Shown: positions 1 to 10,654 of the stretch, in pieces
Numbering within the stretch: position 1 is the first letter of the stretch
Layout: every line of letters begins with the position of its first letter
NCBI RefSeq assembly: GCF_018977255.1
Contig: NW_024704762.1
Coordinates: 7,502,001-7,566,000 of the forward strand
Length of the DNA: 64,000 nucleotides
Direction of reading: 5' to 3'
Origin: Callorhinchus milii
Lineage: Eukaryota
Made by a program: the position numbers and the translations under genes
The notes under the pieces: generated by a model
The model's database searches: none
Told to the model about the DNA's origin: nothing
The model's input: the letters and a program-made list of their open reading frames with translations, nothing else

Positions 1-202
1 CCCACAAAATATACAGTCAATTCACTACGGTATATTCTGTGAAGCGCTTTGAGACGTCTCAACAACGTGATAAAGCGCTATATCAAATGCAAGTACTATT
101 ATTATTATGTCAATGACCTGAAGCCCTTAATCACTATTAAGCATAACAGAGACTGTGTGAGTCTCCTTCCTTTCTCTCTGTCTTACTCTCTGTTTCTCTT
201 AG

Positions 203-350
203 GTTCTGGTTCCGACTTTATTGGTTTCCCCTCAAGGTGTTGTACGCGTCCTGTCACTCCAGTCTGCAGTCTGTTCCCAATATTCCTTTCTACTTTTTCT
301 TCAACATTCTCCTGCTTACCCTGACTCTGATGAATATCTATTGGTTTCTG
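203..350 (+). CDS. CERS1: Ceramide synthase 1, internal coding exon (TLC domain); upstream exons lie outside the window
   Basis: Acceptor ctcttag|g at 202/203 and donor ctg|gtgagt at 350/351. Translates (W)FWFRLYWFPLKVLYASCHSSLQSVPNIPFYFFFNILLLTLTLMNIYWFL, nearly identical to vertebrate CERS1 (WFWFRLYWFPLKVLYA...PFYFFFN.LLL.L.LMN.YWFL). Confidence 0.96.
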
Positions 351-468
351 GTGAGTAATTTGGACTCGGTCTATCTGCTTCTCCCCTTCTGTTCTGTCTC
401 ATGTCATCACACTGTGCTCTCTTCCCTGGCTTTTTGTGGCAGAGATGTGCTTTGCAGTCAACAAAGGT

Positions 469-572
469 TTGTGTGTTCACATACGTGTGAGTGTATGTGT
501 TCGTGTGCGTGCGTGTGTGTTCACGTGCGCGTGTGTGTGTTCACGTGTGTATGTTCACGTGTGTGTGTGTTC
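469..572. repeat. Interrupted (GT)n repeat with recurring GTTCAC units, in a CERS1 intron
   Basis: gtgtgtgttcacgtg repeated with variation. Confidence 0.85.
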
Positions 573-1621
573 GGGCGGGAGGGGGCGTACCTGATTCCCA
601 CTTATGTCCAACCACAGAGCCTGGCTCTGTTGGACGTTTCTCTGTCTGCTCATAGATAAGGAAGTTGGGAGGGAGCCAGGGCCCTGTTCAGAGTTTATCT
701 CGACAACTTACTGGGGAGAACAAGTCGTCCATTTGTACGACTGGGGATTGCTTATTGAGGAATTGGTGAAGAAATACAACAAACTCAGACCAACCCCAGC
801 GCTCTAAAGCTTTTGCCTTCACTCCCAATGTCTTTTGCAAAACGTTTCAGTGTCTGCAAAATGCATGTGGTTCAGTTTATCCAAATACTTGGCTCAAACT
901 ACACGCATGTGTTACTTCCCAATTCGACCAAACTCTATAACACCACGTCCGTTATTCACACCTCCCCCTCTCCCATTCTCATCAGTTTCCCTGGTTACAC
1001 ATTCATTGACTTGAACATCCAAATTGCTTCACTCTTTCACTTTCCCTGCCAATACCATCTCCCTCCAGCCCTGTATTCTTCCTGTCTGTTCCCACCATTC
1101 CCCCAACTCCCCCAACTAGTTTACAGCTAGTTCGTCCACAAAATATATTCAATCAATTTGGTCACTTCAATCCACGACAGTGTGGGATACTGCTGTGCGC
1201 AATTGGCTGCTGCGTTTTGCCCACAAAATATACAGTCAATTCACCTTAAAAGTATATCCTGTGAAGCTCTTTGAGATGTGTCAACAACATGATAAGGCGC
1301 TGTATAAAATGCAAGGATTATTATTACTAGTTCCTCATTGCTTCCAGCCTCTATCAATCGCCTTCACTCCTCTGAAGCTCACTCCAAAAATACCTTTGCT
1401 TTGCTTCTCTCTCTCTTTATCCCTCTCTGCTTTCAAAACCTTTTAAGGTTCCTTTACCCACTGCTTGCCAATGTCTCTGAGTGCTCGTAAACCTGTACGT
1501 ATCCGATATGAAAGGCACTGTGTAAAGTCCACGTTGCTTTTGCTCATGGCTCATCTACTATGCTTGTTTTTTCTCTGTGAGCCACATCCAACCTCAACCC
1601 AATTGCCTTGTTCTCCCGCAG

Positions 1622-1785
1622 TACATTGTCCTCCTAGCGCTGAAAGTGCTGACTGGTCAAATGAACGAGGTAAACGACGTCCGAGAATACGACATCGATG
1701 AGAGTCAGCCCGAGGATGAGGGTCAGCCTGTGGTCCCAGACAAGAAAAGCCCCGACCTTCACTCCAAGAACTGTTACAAAGAAGG
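1622..1785 (+). CDS. CERS1: Ceramide synthase 1, penultimate coding exon
   Basis: Acceptor ttctcccgcag|tac. Translates YIVLLALKVLTGQMNEVNDVREYDIDESQPEDEGQPVVPDKKSPDLHSKNCYKEG (cf. human YIVAFAAKVLTGQVHELKDLREYD). Donor gaagg|gtacga is phase 2, compatible with the next exon. Confidence 0.9.
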
Positions 1786-2342
1786 GTACGAGGTTTCACA
1801 AGGCAAACCAAAGGAGTATTTTTTTTTACAGAGAAAAAGCCTAAAATTCAAGTCTATAACACGTGTGAATAGATTTGTTATTTGATTCAAGCTTGGGAGG
1901 TTAAAAAAATAAGGAAAATCTCCTTCCCGCAATTGTTTTGTCTACTTACCCGACGCACCAGCTTTGGCTGAAAGACCGACCACTGTCTGTCTGTGCAGCA
2001 GCCACTGGGAGATACATAAGAGCACTGCCCTGCAGGGCACCTCAAGATTTATTTTGAAATCGATTCTAATTCTGTTACCGTTGCACTTTTTTTATGTGAA
2101 AAAAAACTTACGTTTGATACAAAAGGTAGATAGAGCTGCAGCTAATGGACCAGGAGTAACATGGTTTTGGATCCCAGTCTGTGCTGAGTTTGCTGGACGG
2201 GATGGGGGGTAGCTAAACTGGTCATCCACTGCCAGAGCCTTTACCGTACAGCTGGGTCAAGAGTCGTTTTCGCTCTTCGGGATTTACTTTCCTGATCGGA
2301 TGGGAACACTGACGTGATTTCCCGCTGTGTTTGTCCCCGCAG

Positions 2343-2385
2343 GAAACACCTAAGGAACGGGATTGTCAAGAGCAAGAGGCTATAA
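2343..2385 (+). CDS. CERS1: Ceramide synthase 1, last coding exon with stop codon
   Basis: Acceptor ttgtccccgcag|g. Translates (G)KHLRNGIVKSKRL-TAA, matching the human C-terminus KPLRNGLVKDKRF and keeping a KxKxx ER-retrieval signal. Confidence 0.93.
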
Positions 2386-4874
2386 CGCAGAGCCACCTTT
2401 CCAAGGACCTCGCTGCCATCTGGCTTTGGTGGTGAATCAAGCGGCTCAGTCTGATTCCAACTTCCCTTCATTCATTTCGGATTGAAACTCTGAAACATCG
2501 ACCGAAGGCTGATGCTGCAACGTCCAACTTCCTTAGGAATCCTGGAGCTCCTGCTTTTCCAGTTCATTTCCCATCTTCCTTCTCTAACGCAATTTTTAGT
2601 TTGCTGCTTTCTACCGTAGGATTACAGAGTGGCCACATTCCCTGCTTGTCGAGACCATTATTGTTTCCGTTGCTTTGCCCGTTTTCCCTTGAAATCTGAG
2701 CGTGTCCCGGTTTTAGGGGGAAATACTTCTTTTCAGTTACCCTCCAGGAGCTGAGAACAATCCTCATCTCAAATCACTGCAATCAAATCCCCCCACTCTC
2801 TCTCCCCACCCTCTCTTCCCCCTCCTCCCACTCTAGCATGTTGCGAACTGCATCTTTCTGCGCCTTTTCACTTAACTAAACATTCCTCACTTCTGTACCC
2901 AGAACCCAGCAACCTGCGTTACATTCAGACACTGAGAGTAAACAAAGGAGAACAGGAATATGAGAGGCCAATTGAACCTGTTCTGAAAGATTATTAGTTC
3001 ATAGCAGATTTTTTAATTCCACTTAATCCTCCTCTTAAGAATCTATCTTGCCTTTTAAATTGATTCTGCTTCTACTGGGGAAGTGTGTTGCTCTGTAGGC
3101 TACTTATTCATAAAATAGAATATAAATTAATGAGTGAAGCTAAAGAGATGGGGCTAGAGAAGGATCTTAAATGAATGTGCAACAGAAGAGGTATGTGCTG
3201 GACATACAGAGGATCACAGCATATGGAGAAGGCAGCGGATTACAGCCTTATCTCTCCCCCCACTCCCGACCCTGTCACCTTGAGGATAGACAGGGAATCA
3301 GCAGCCTCGCACTTCTTGAAATCCATCTGCTTGGGAGTTTAGGGTTTGACTCATCTGAAACGCACTGGCTAAAAGGGAGGGGGAAGCAGATTCGATAGTA
3401 ACTTTCAAAAGGGATATATTGGATATATACTTGAAAAGATTTTTAAAAAGCTGTAAGGCTTTGGGGAAAGAGCATGAGAGTGGGACTAATTGAATTGTTC
3501 TTTCAAAGAGCCACGATGGGCCGAATGGCCTCCTGTGTTGTAGGATTCTGTCATTCGATGATCTAATGGCAAATTCCTGGCAAGAATCCTTAGGCTAAAT
3601 TTTGGAATCTTTTCCATAAAATCCTTAAACGTTGGTGAACAGAAACAGACCCTTCTCTGCCTGTTTCCAGCCAGGCTGCATATGTGCGAAGATATAGGAA
3701 GAATGTTGGAGCGGTTTGTTTCAACCTGTGCAATTTGACCGACTCAGTATTCAGTTTCTGCTTCACCCACTCGTCTGCTCGCTGCTGATCAGATCCCAAA
3801 CGTATGGGAGCAGGTCCCAGGACAGAAACAACCATATTCTCTCGTCTTCAAAGCACATTGTGAGGATTCACGTAAGCTTACGCACACTCTCCAGATCAGG
3901 ACTGGCCTATGGTTACATCCTGCACCATTGCATTTGCAGCAACTGTTGTTCGGCCACACAACTGATGCAATGCGATTTATCTTTACATATAACGTCTTTC
4001 ACGTCGGGAGGACGTCTTGAGGCGCTTTATACAGCTGGCTGGACACTCGAACTGGGGTGTTGGGGGAGGGAGGGAAGTGGGCGGGAAGAATACAGAATGT
4101 GTAATCAGCGTTATAAGGCGGATTTAAAAAGGGGGGGGGTTAAATTTAATAACATGGCATTCAGCGACCTGTCAATCAAAATCCATGAGTATTATCAGCC
4201 AGTGGAAGAAAGATATAGAATAATGTGCTGTTCGGCGAATCTATTTATTCTCTGTGCCATAATTGCATGAACTCCCGAACTCGTCCTCTGGGCTATCAGC
4301 AACCGAAATAGATGAATGAATTTTTTTTAAAAAAATGAGCCATGAGAACGCAACCCGATTTGGGATCAGGACGGAATTTTATCATATGGGCTTCCTCCAC
4401 TTAAAGGACCCGCATGCCTCGGTCCTTTTAACACACGCAATCATCCTTATATACTGCCAAAATCATCGGAAAAACGTGTTAATAATCCTGCACTATTTAA
4501 AAATCAGCAATGTGTTATTCTGGAATTTTAAGGTGACTTAAGTGTTTAGTGGATTGACAGGCTGCAGGAAAATTCCAGTCAGTATTTCCTGTGTTCTTTG
4601 CTATATTGATGTATCTCCTTCCACTTTTTAAACTTTTGTTCTTCCCCCACAGATTTTTTTAAAAAAGGAATGTGACTTTTTTGATGTTAAGTGTTAAGCG
4701 ACCAGCCAACTGCATCTTGCTTTTCTGTGTATGAGATTTTCTCCTTGTGTGTGAGTTTTTTTAAAAAAAATGACACTTGTTAATCCCATAGCTAGGGAAG
4801 GAATAGTATTAATATGTCTCATCATCAGGACCCTAATTAACTAATTCAATTAGTTAGCTTGCCCAATAAACATT

Positions 4875-5200
4875 AGTAATAATTCTTGCGTTTGATATAG
4901 CGCCTGTAATATCTCAAAGTGTTTCACTAAAGTTACTGTGAAGTGGATTTGTAGGTGAATGCAGCATTCAATTTGCACACAGCATTGTCCCACAAACAAT
5001 CATGAAGTGAATGGCCAATTTTACCAAGGGGTTTGTTGGCCAGGACACTGAGACAAATTCCTTCTCTTTGCCGATAGTGCCATTTAATATCCATCTGAAC
5101 AGTAAAATGGGACTTCAGTTTAGTACTACTCGCCCCAACACTGCATTAGAGCATCGGCCTCAAATTTCCAATATGGGGGGCTTGAAGTCATAACCTTAAG
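4875..5200 (-). mobile_element. Old, diverged SINE with longer Deu-type core (SacSINE1/AmnSINE1-like)
   Basis: Same tail, followed by TTGGCCAGGACACTGAGA...AATATCCATCTGAAC...CACTGCATTAGAGC, resembling the Deu domain as recalled. Related pieces near 8140-8310, 24120-24400, 53440-53980, 60870-61050 and 62380-62600. Confidence 0.6.
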
Positions 5201-6474
5201 ACATCAGCGAGGAATCCAACTCTTGATCGCGGTCTAGTGACCCCTCTCCCCTCTCTGCTGGAAGGTCATGGGTGGATGTTGGGTGAGGACAGGATCAAAG
5301 CTGTGATGATGATGGGGGGGTGGGGAGTGCTGGGAGGGTCCTGATTCTGAGATATTCCTTTGTCAAAATCAAAGTCTTCAAGCACTGTCTAAAGAAAAGA
5401 AGTGAATTGAGAAATAGAACAATCGTCAGAAACACTGTATTTTTTTTAATGAAAGATTACTTATTCCTTGTTATTCTACGGACGAGAGTGACCAGGATAC
5501 ATTCCCAGAGTCTTCTGCACCTGGAAGAAGGAGTGAGATAGAAACCAGTGAGGCTGGTTCACTTTTACCTAATGATGTTCTGCAGCACAACTGGTCTGGC
5601 GAGCTGTTAATATACAGCATAACTGTCGCCAACACCTGATCAACCAGCTCCTGTTCCCTGGCTGGTGAGAGTTTATTCTCTTTATGTGTGAAATAGGCCA
5701 GGTTGTGACTGAGGGACTAAAGGGTTGTATCTCCGTGTGAAGAACAATGAACCATTCTGTGATCTCTGCAGCTTCTCTCTAGACCTCTCGATGGTAGATA
5801 TGAATCGGGTTTAGATCCAGTGGTTTAGATATACATATTGTCTTCTACCAGTATTAAAGAACTGAAGGAAAGCACATAATAGCAAGTGGGGGGGGGGGCG
5901 GTTTCTCCTTCAGTGCACTATGCCGGGGTGGGGGAGAACTCAAGGTTAATGTCTGTGAATCTCTTAATTGCGAGCATGATATGGTGGTATGAGCGGGAGG
6001 GTATGGTGCAAGGGGGAAGAAATTCTCCAGGTGACTCTCCCCATTGACTCTGTGAAATCACAAGTCCGAAATGGAGTTGGACATTACTGCGCCAAGATTG
6101 TGGCAGACTCTTTAAGTTCAGTCTTAATTTGGAAGCCTTTCCGCAGCCCTTAAAAGCAAACTGGCTTCCAAATTAAGTGCACATTTTAAGAATTCTCCAA
6201 AACGTCTCTTAAACTTTAAGGCAACGTGATCTTACGGGCTAAGACTGGGTAAAATTTTAGTCCTCGGATGGACCCTGTTTTGTATGTAACCCTGTTCACC
6301 AGCCAGATTTCTCCCTCTCCCCGCTTTGTCAACCATACATGGGCATGAAGGTTTGACACATCAATGACTTGAGTCTTCCATCTGTATTAATCATATTGCC
6401 TGTAACTCCAGATTTCTGTGGAGGAGCACTTGCAAATATTAATGTGAAAATAATACCAGGAAATGGATACTTTA

Positions 6475-6530
6475 TGTAAAAAATAAAAAACAACATTCAA
6501 CCGTGGTGAATTTTTCTATGCCGTTTTAAT
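6475..6530 (+). terminator. Candidate CERS1 polyadenylation signal
   Basis: TGTA (6475-6478), AATAAA (6482-6487), then a GT/T-rich stretch. An alternative AATAAA lies at 4865-4870. No transcript evidence. Confidence 0.45.
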
Positions 6531-7059
6531 CCTCACGTGCATTAGTTAAAGATGGAAAAAAAAGTCCTTTCTCGTTTTTTATTTTATCCACACCTATAAT
6601 TTAGCAGCACACACGCACACACGCACACGCAGAGGATTCACAGTGTATTCTGCGAAGCGCTTTGAGACGTCTCGAAGATGTGATAAGGCGCTGTACGAAA
6701 CGCACAGATTATTATCGTTCGCCTGTTGGCCTGCAAATACACCGTATACTTGCAGGTCACCAAGTGAATGATGATAATAATAATAATAATAATAATAATA
6801 GCATTATTAGTCAGTACACCGGACAGCAATATTAATAATAATCGTTGCATTTGATCAGAACGCCTTATTGCGTCTTCGAGACGTCTCAAGCGGATCAACG
6901 GCGTATTTTTTTTAATATATAGCCACTGGCGCACAGGCGGTGGTGGATTGAGTGACCACATTATTATTATTATTATTGTTATTGATTGCCAATGCCACAA
7001 CAATTTGCCTTTACATCACACCCTTCCAGCAGGACAGGGTCCTGGGTTGGCAGTGAGGT

Positions 7060-7167
7060 GCTATTACCGCCCCTGCCGGCTGGTGGCGCTGCTCCCGGCG
7101 TCAGGCCCGTCACTGGGAGACGCCGCGACTCGGCGGCGGAAGTGACGTCGGCAAACAAGATGGCGGC
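7060..7167 (+). promoter_or_regulatory. CpG-rich housekeeping promoter of USE1 with ETS-CRE composite and YY1 motif
   Basis: CGGAAGTGACGTC at 7137-7149 (overlapping ETS and CRE). CAAGATGGCGGC at 7156-7167 (YY1 consensus overlapping the ATG). Local CpG enrichment. Confidence 0.75.
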
Positions 7168-7261
7168 CTCCAGGCTGGAGAAGAACTTCTTGCGGCTCCT
7201 GGTGACCTGCGAGGCTATGGCGGCGGAGAAACGGAGCGACAAGGACTGGCGGCTGGAGAAG
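7160..7261 (+). CDS. USE1: USE1 ER SNARE, exon 1
   Basis: [34 protein letters not shown] (cf. human [34 protein letters not shown]). Donor aag|gtgatc. Confidence 0.97.
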
Positions 7262-7639
7262 GTGATCGGGGATAAGGGTGCGCGGGTGGGGGTGGAGAGG
7301 GGAAGGGTGGGCAGCGCCACATCAGCGAGGCCTCTCCTCCTGTGACCCTCCCCCCCCTTCTGCCGATGTGATGTGGCACTCGGTTGGGTGTCGGTTTGGT
7401 TTGGTTTGGTTTGGTCGCTGACCCTCTCGCCCGTGAGTTTGCAGAGGTTGTGGGTTCCACCCCTGTGGCCCCGCGGGCGGTGTGAACCCACAACCTTTCA
7501 GCTGAAGAACTTTTAAGTCCATTCTGGTCCTCGGTGTGTGTGTGTGTGTGTGTGTGTGAGGGGAGGTGCAAAATTATAGGTGTGGATAAATCACACGATA
7601 AATCAAGAGCTGTATTATAATGTACAATAATAACCCTTA

Positions 7640-7945
7640 TAATCCTTGCATTTGATATAGCGCTTTTCACGTCGGGAGGACGTCCCAAAGCGCTTCACAG
7701 AACACACTGTAAAGTGAATTGACTGTATATTTGTGGGCGAACGCGGCAGCCAATTGCGGACAGCAATGTCCCACAAACAGTCGTAGATTGAAATTGACCA
7801 ATTTATTATTGTTTTTGGTTTTGGAGGGTTTATTATTAGGCTCTGTGTGGAGTAAGGAACTTGGCCAAGGTTTCGCCCTCTGCCTGGAATTGAACTCGGG
7901 TCTCTCGCTTGCAAAGCGAGTGCTCTTACCACTGAGCTACAGGAA
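7640..7945 (-). mobile_element. Full-length SINE, minority subfamily, in USE1 intron 1
   Basis: Reverse complement of the 49708 element along its whole length. Directly abuts the tail of another minus-strand copy at 7948-8107. Confidence 0.92.
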
Positions 7946-8717
7946 CTCCTTGCATTTGACACAGAGCCTTATCACGTCTTTGAGACGCCTCAAAGCGCTT
8001 CACGGGATACGCGGCAAAGGGCAGCGACTGTGTGTTTTGTGGGCGAAACGCGGCAGTCAGTTGCGCGCACCAGTGTCGCATAAACAGTCGTGGATTGAGT
8101 GACCAAATTATTATTATTATTATTATTCATTAACTATGGTTAATGTGGACGTTAAAGATCCCATCACACTATTTGAAAAGTGATGGGAGTTTTGCTATGG
8201 TGGTCTGCGGAACTACCCGGTGCATGAATTCAGTGATTCACTTCACAGCTGTTTGTGTGACAAATTGGCTGTTGTGCGCCTACACGATACAGTCATTTCA
8301 CATTACATTAAAATGACTTCTCCTGAAAGGGAGAGAAGAATGAATTTTTCTTACCTCTGTTTCCTGCATCAATTGAATAGATAGGCACTGAATTTGATTC
8401 CTGTAGATTTCCGGGGACTGGACCTGTGTCCTAGATCCTGCAGAGTCTGACCACGAATGTGCAATTTATAACTAGGAGCCATGCTTCAAGTAAGTTCTAT
8501 CGTAGAGGCAATGGAGCAGGGCTAATATTGGCTACTTCAACAGGGAGTAAATTATGATCGTGGTATTTTAGAGCATTATCTTGTTCCTCTGCTGAAATTA
8601 ACAGAGGGAACAATCATTTTGGAACTTGATAAAGATTGTTTTGAAAAAAAGGCCAGCTTTATTTATATTGAGTGCAATTTGAGTTTTGTTCTAGTAATTG
8701 CTGTCCTTTTTCTGCAG

Positions 8718-8767
8718 TTTGTAGGTGCCCTTCAGGAAATGCTGATTGAACTAAAAAAACACATCAG
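8718..8767 (+). CDS. USE1: USE1 exon 2
   Basis: tttttctgcag|TTT...AG|gtaatg; translates FVGALQEMLIELKKHI(S). Confidence 0.95.
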
Positions 8768-9286
8768 GTAATGATCTCTTGAACAGTGTTTCATTTATCT
8801 CCTCACAATGGGTCTTCTGTATTATAACAATTGGCATGGAGTTATTGTAGTGAGAAACCTGCACACAAGACTGGATTTTTATCTTTTTGCCCATTTCTTT
8901 CACTTCCTAAAAGTATCTGCCTCTCTTCTACAAGAACATCCATGCCTTCTTCTTGTGACTATTTGCACACATGAGTGTAATTAGGCACTTTCAATACACA
9001 CTGGTCTTGCCCAAGTTGTGCTTAACCCATGAAATGTGCTTCACATGCTGCATCAAATATACTACAGTCGGAGAGTTTGAGTGAGTTAATTTGCTAAACA
9101 TCAAGCCTCATTTCCTCATCTGTAGTTAAAGGTTGTAGGGAGGCGGAGACATGGCAATGACATGCTTTGGTCAGAAGTGAGGGGAAACTCAGAAGTCTCT
9201 GCTTCTTTTAGAATAGTGATTGAATTGACTCTTGTGTTAAGATGGCATTGGTTTGTGAGGGTAATTGTTATGTTTATTGCAAGCAG

Positions 9287-9365
9287 CAAACCTGCCCCTG
9301 AGTTGCTGAATGAGTATACCCGAAAGGTGGAGTTCATGAAAGGACTATTGGAGGCTGAGAAGCTG
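9287..9365 (+). CDS. USE1: USE1 exon 3
   Basis: aagcag|C...CTG|gtaaga; translates (S)KPAPELLNEYTRKVEFMKGLLEAEKL. Tandem AAG-CAG acceptor. Confidence 0.95.
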
Positions 9366-9561
9366 GTAAGAAGGATGCCTTTGCATTGTAATGTTTCGGT
9401 GCTCTTCTTAAACAGTATCTTGTGGGGTACAATTTTCCATCTTGGTGAATGTCTCTGGGGAGAGAGGGGGGTGAAAGCAAAATTAAAATTTTAAATTGTA
9501 ACCAGAGCACGATCGGAATAGTTATTGTAATTTTATTTTCGACTTTTTATCCCGTTTTCAG

Positions 9562-9714
9562 CCAAATCCTGCAGAGAAGGCCCTGGCTAATCAGTTCCTA
9601 GCTCCAGGGCGCACACCCACCACAGGGAAAGAAAGGACATCGGCCACAAAAACAGTCCACCTGAAGACGCAGGCCAGATATACGGGCGAGATGAGGAGTG
9701 AGCTGCTCAGTTTG
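9562..9714 (+). CDS. USE1: USE1 exon 4
   Basis: ttttcag|CCA...TTG|gtaagt; translates [51 protein letters not shown]. Confidence 0.97.
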
Positions 9715-10326
9715 GTAAGTCTTTGTCTTCAATAGGCACAGGTCTCTTCCAATCTAGTCCTGTTGGTGTCAAGTCAGATCACGTGTGAAGCAGTTATTTT
9801 AACTCTTTAATGTCCCGTTTAGTTACTGTCCTTTTCTACTAGATGAATAATGTTTGTGTAACCCAGCGGAGCAGAGAATTTCTCCTTCTGCCCTTGGATG
9901 ATTTCCTTTCTCATCCCAACTTTGCCCAAAATACAAATTGATCACTCATTCATCTCAATGTTGCATGTAGGGAGAGGGAGGTGAGAAGGGAGAGGGAGAA
10001 TGTTGTTGGAACTGCTATGTTTGCTTATATTCAAAGCAACTGAATATGTGAAGGGCCTTGACATGTTTTTGATGGTAGAACTCAACACTGTGGGTCACAG
10101 GTAGGGAGCGTGTTTATGCCAGCTGTGGTGCCAGATGTGCATTGGTGGGGATAGACTGAGTCGTGGCCTGATGGGATGGAAAGGTTCCTGGGCCACTCAT
10201 GCACTCATTTTGAGTAGACGTTTTTTTCCAGGCGGAGAGGATTTTGGTCTCTGGAAGGGAGAAAAATAACTGACTGCAAAAAGATTAAGGAAGGCCTCTC
10301 TGATTTTCATATTAATTCTCTTTCAG

Positions 10327-10345
10327 CCATCAGCGACTTCCAGTG
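10327..10345 (+). CDS. USE1: USE1 exon 5 (19-nt microexon)
   Basis: ttctctttcag|CCATCAGCGACTTCCAGTG|gtaagt; translates PSATSS(G). Strong splice sites, and it is needed with exon 6 to keep frame between exons 4 and 7. Confidence 0.82.
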
Positions 10346-10623
10346 GTAAGTAAATATCACAGACTAATTCATTTTCTCATCTGCTTCTTGACCAACATGA
10401 TTTTCTTGTCTCGAGTGAACTATTTGACAGATTCACCTTTCAATACCAGGTATTGGCACTCTGGCCCACTGACTTGAGTATTTGCTGTTGCCCTTCACTA
10501 AGGGAGGGAACTGCACGGGAGGGACCCAACGAGATTAGTCGATCATCATGAAATTAAACGAGTTGATCAAATTGAATTGTGGATCGCAGAAGAGTCCAAT
10601 TTTCTACTGTATTCTTGTTCTAG

Positions 10624-10654
10624 GTTCTGCCAACGCTGGCCTGAGACATCGAAG
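10624..10654 (+). CDS. USE1: USE1 exon 6 (31-nt microexon)
   Basis: ttcttgttctag|GT...AG|gtaagc; translates (G)SANAGLRHR(R). Phases 1 and 2 fit the neighbouring exons. Confidence 0.85.

Noticed and set aside
2512-2619. 35-codon hydrophobic ORF (MLQRPTSLGILELLLFQFISHLPSLTQFLVCCFLP) where GDF1 would begin in mammals
   Set aside because: Weak start context, no recognisable similarity to GDF1/Vg1 prodomains and no downstream exon; pyrimidine-rich UTR readily gives hydrophobic ORFs.
3716-4270. 184-aa ORF in the CERS1 3' region
   Set aside because: Non-ATG start, no domain, and it runs through an antisense L2 tail (FTSGGRL).
6979-7688. Antisense ORFs of 170 and 157 aa over USE1 exon 1
   Set aside because: Shadow frames of GC-rich exon, microsatellite and SINE sequence.
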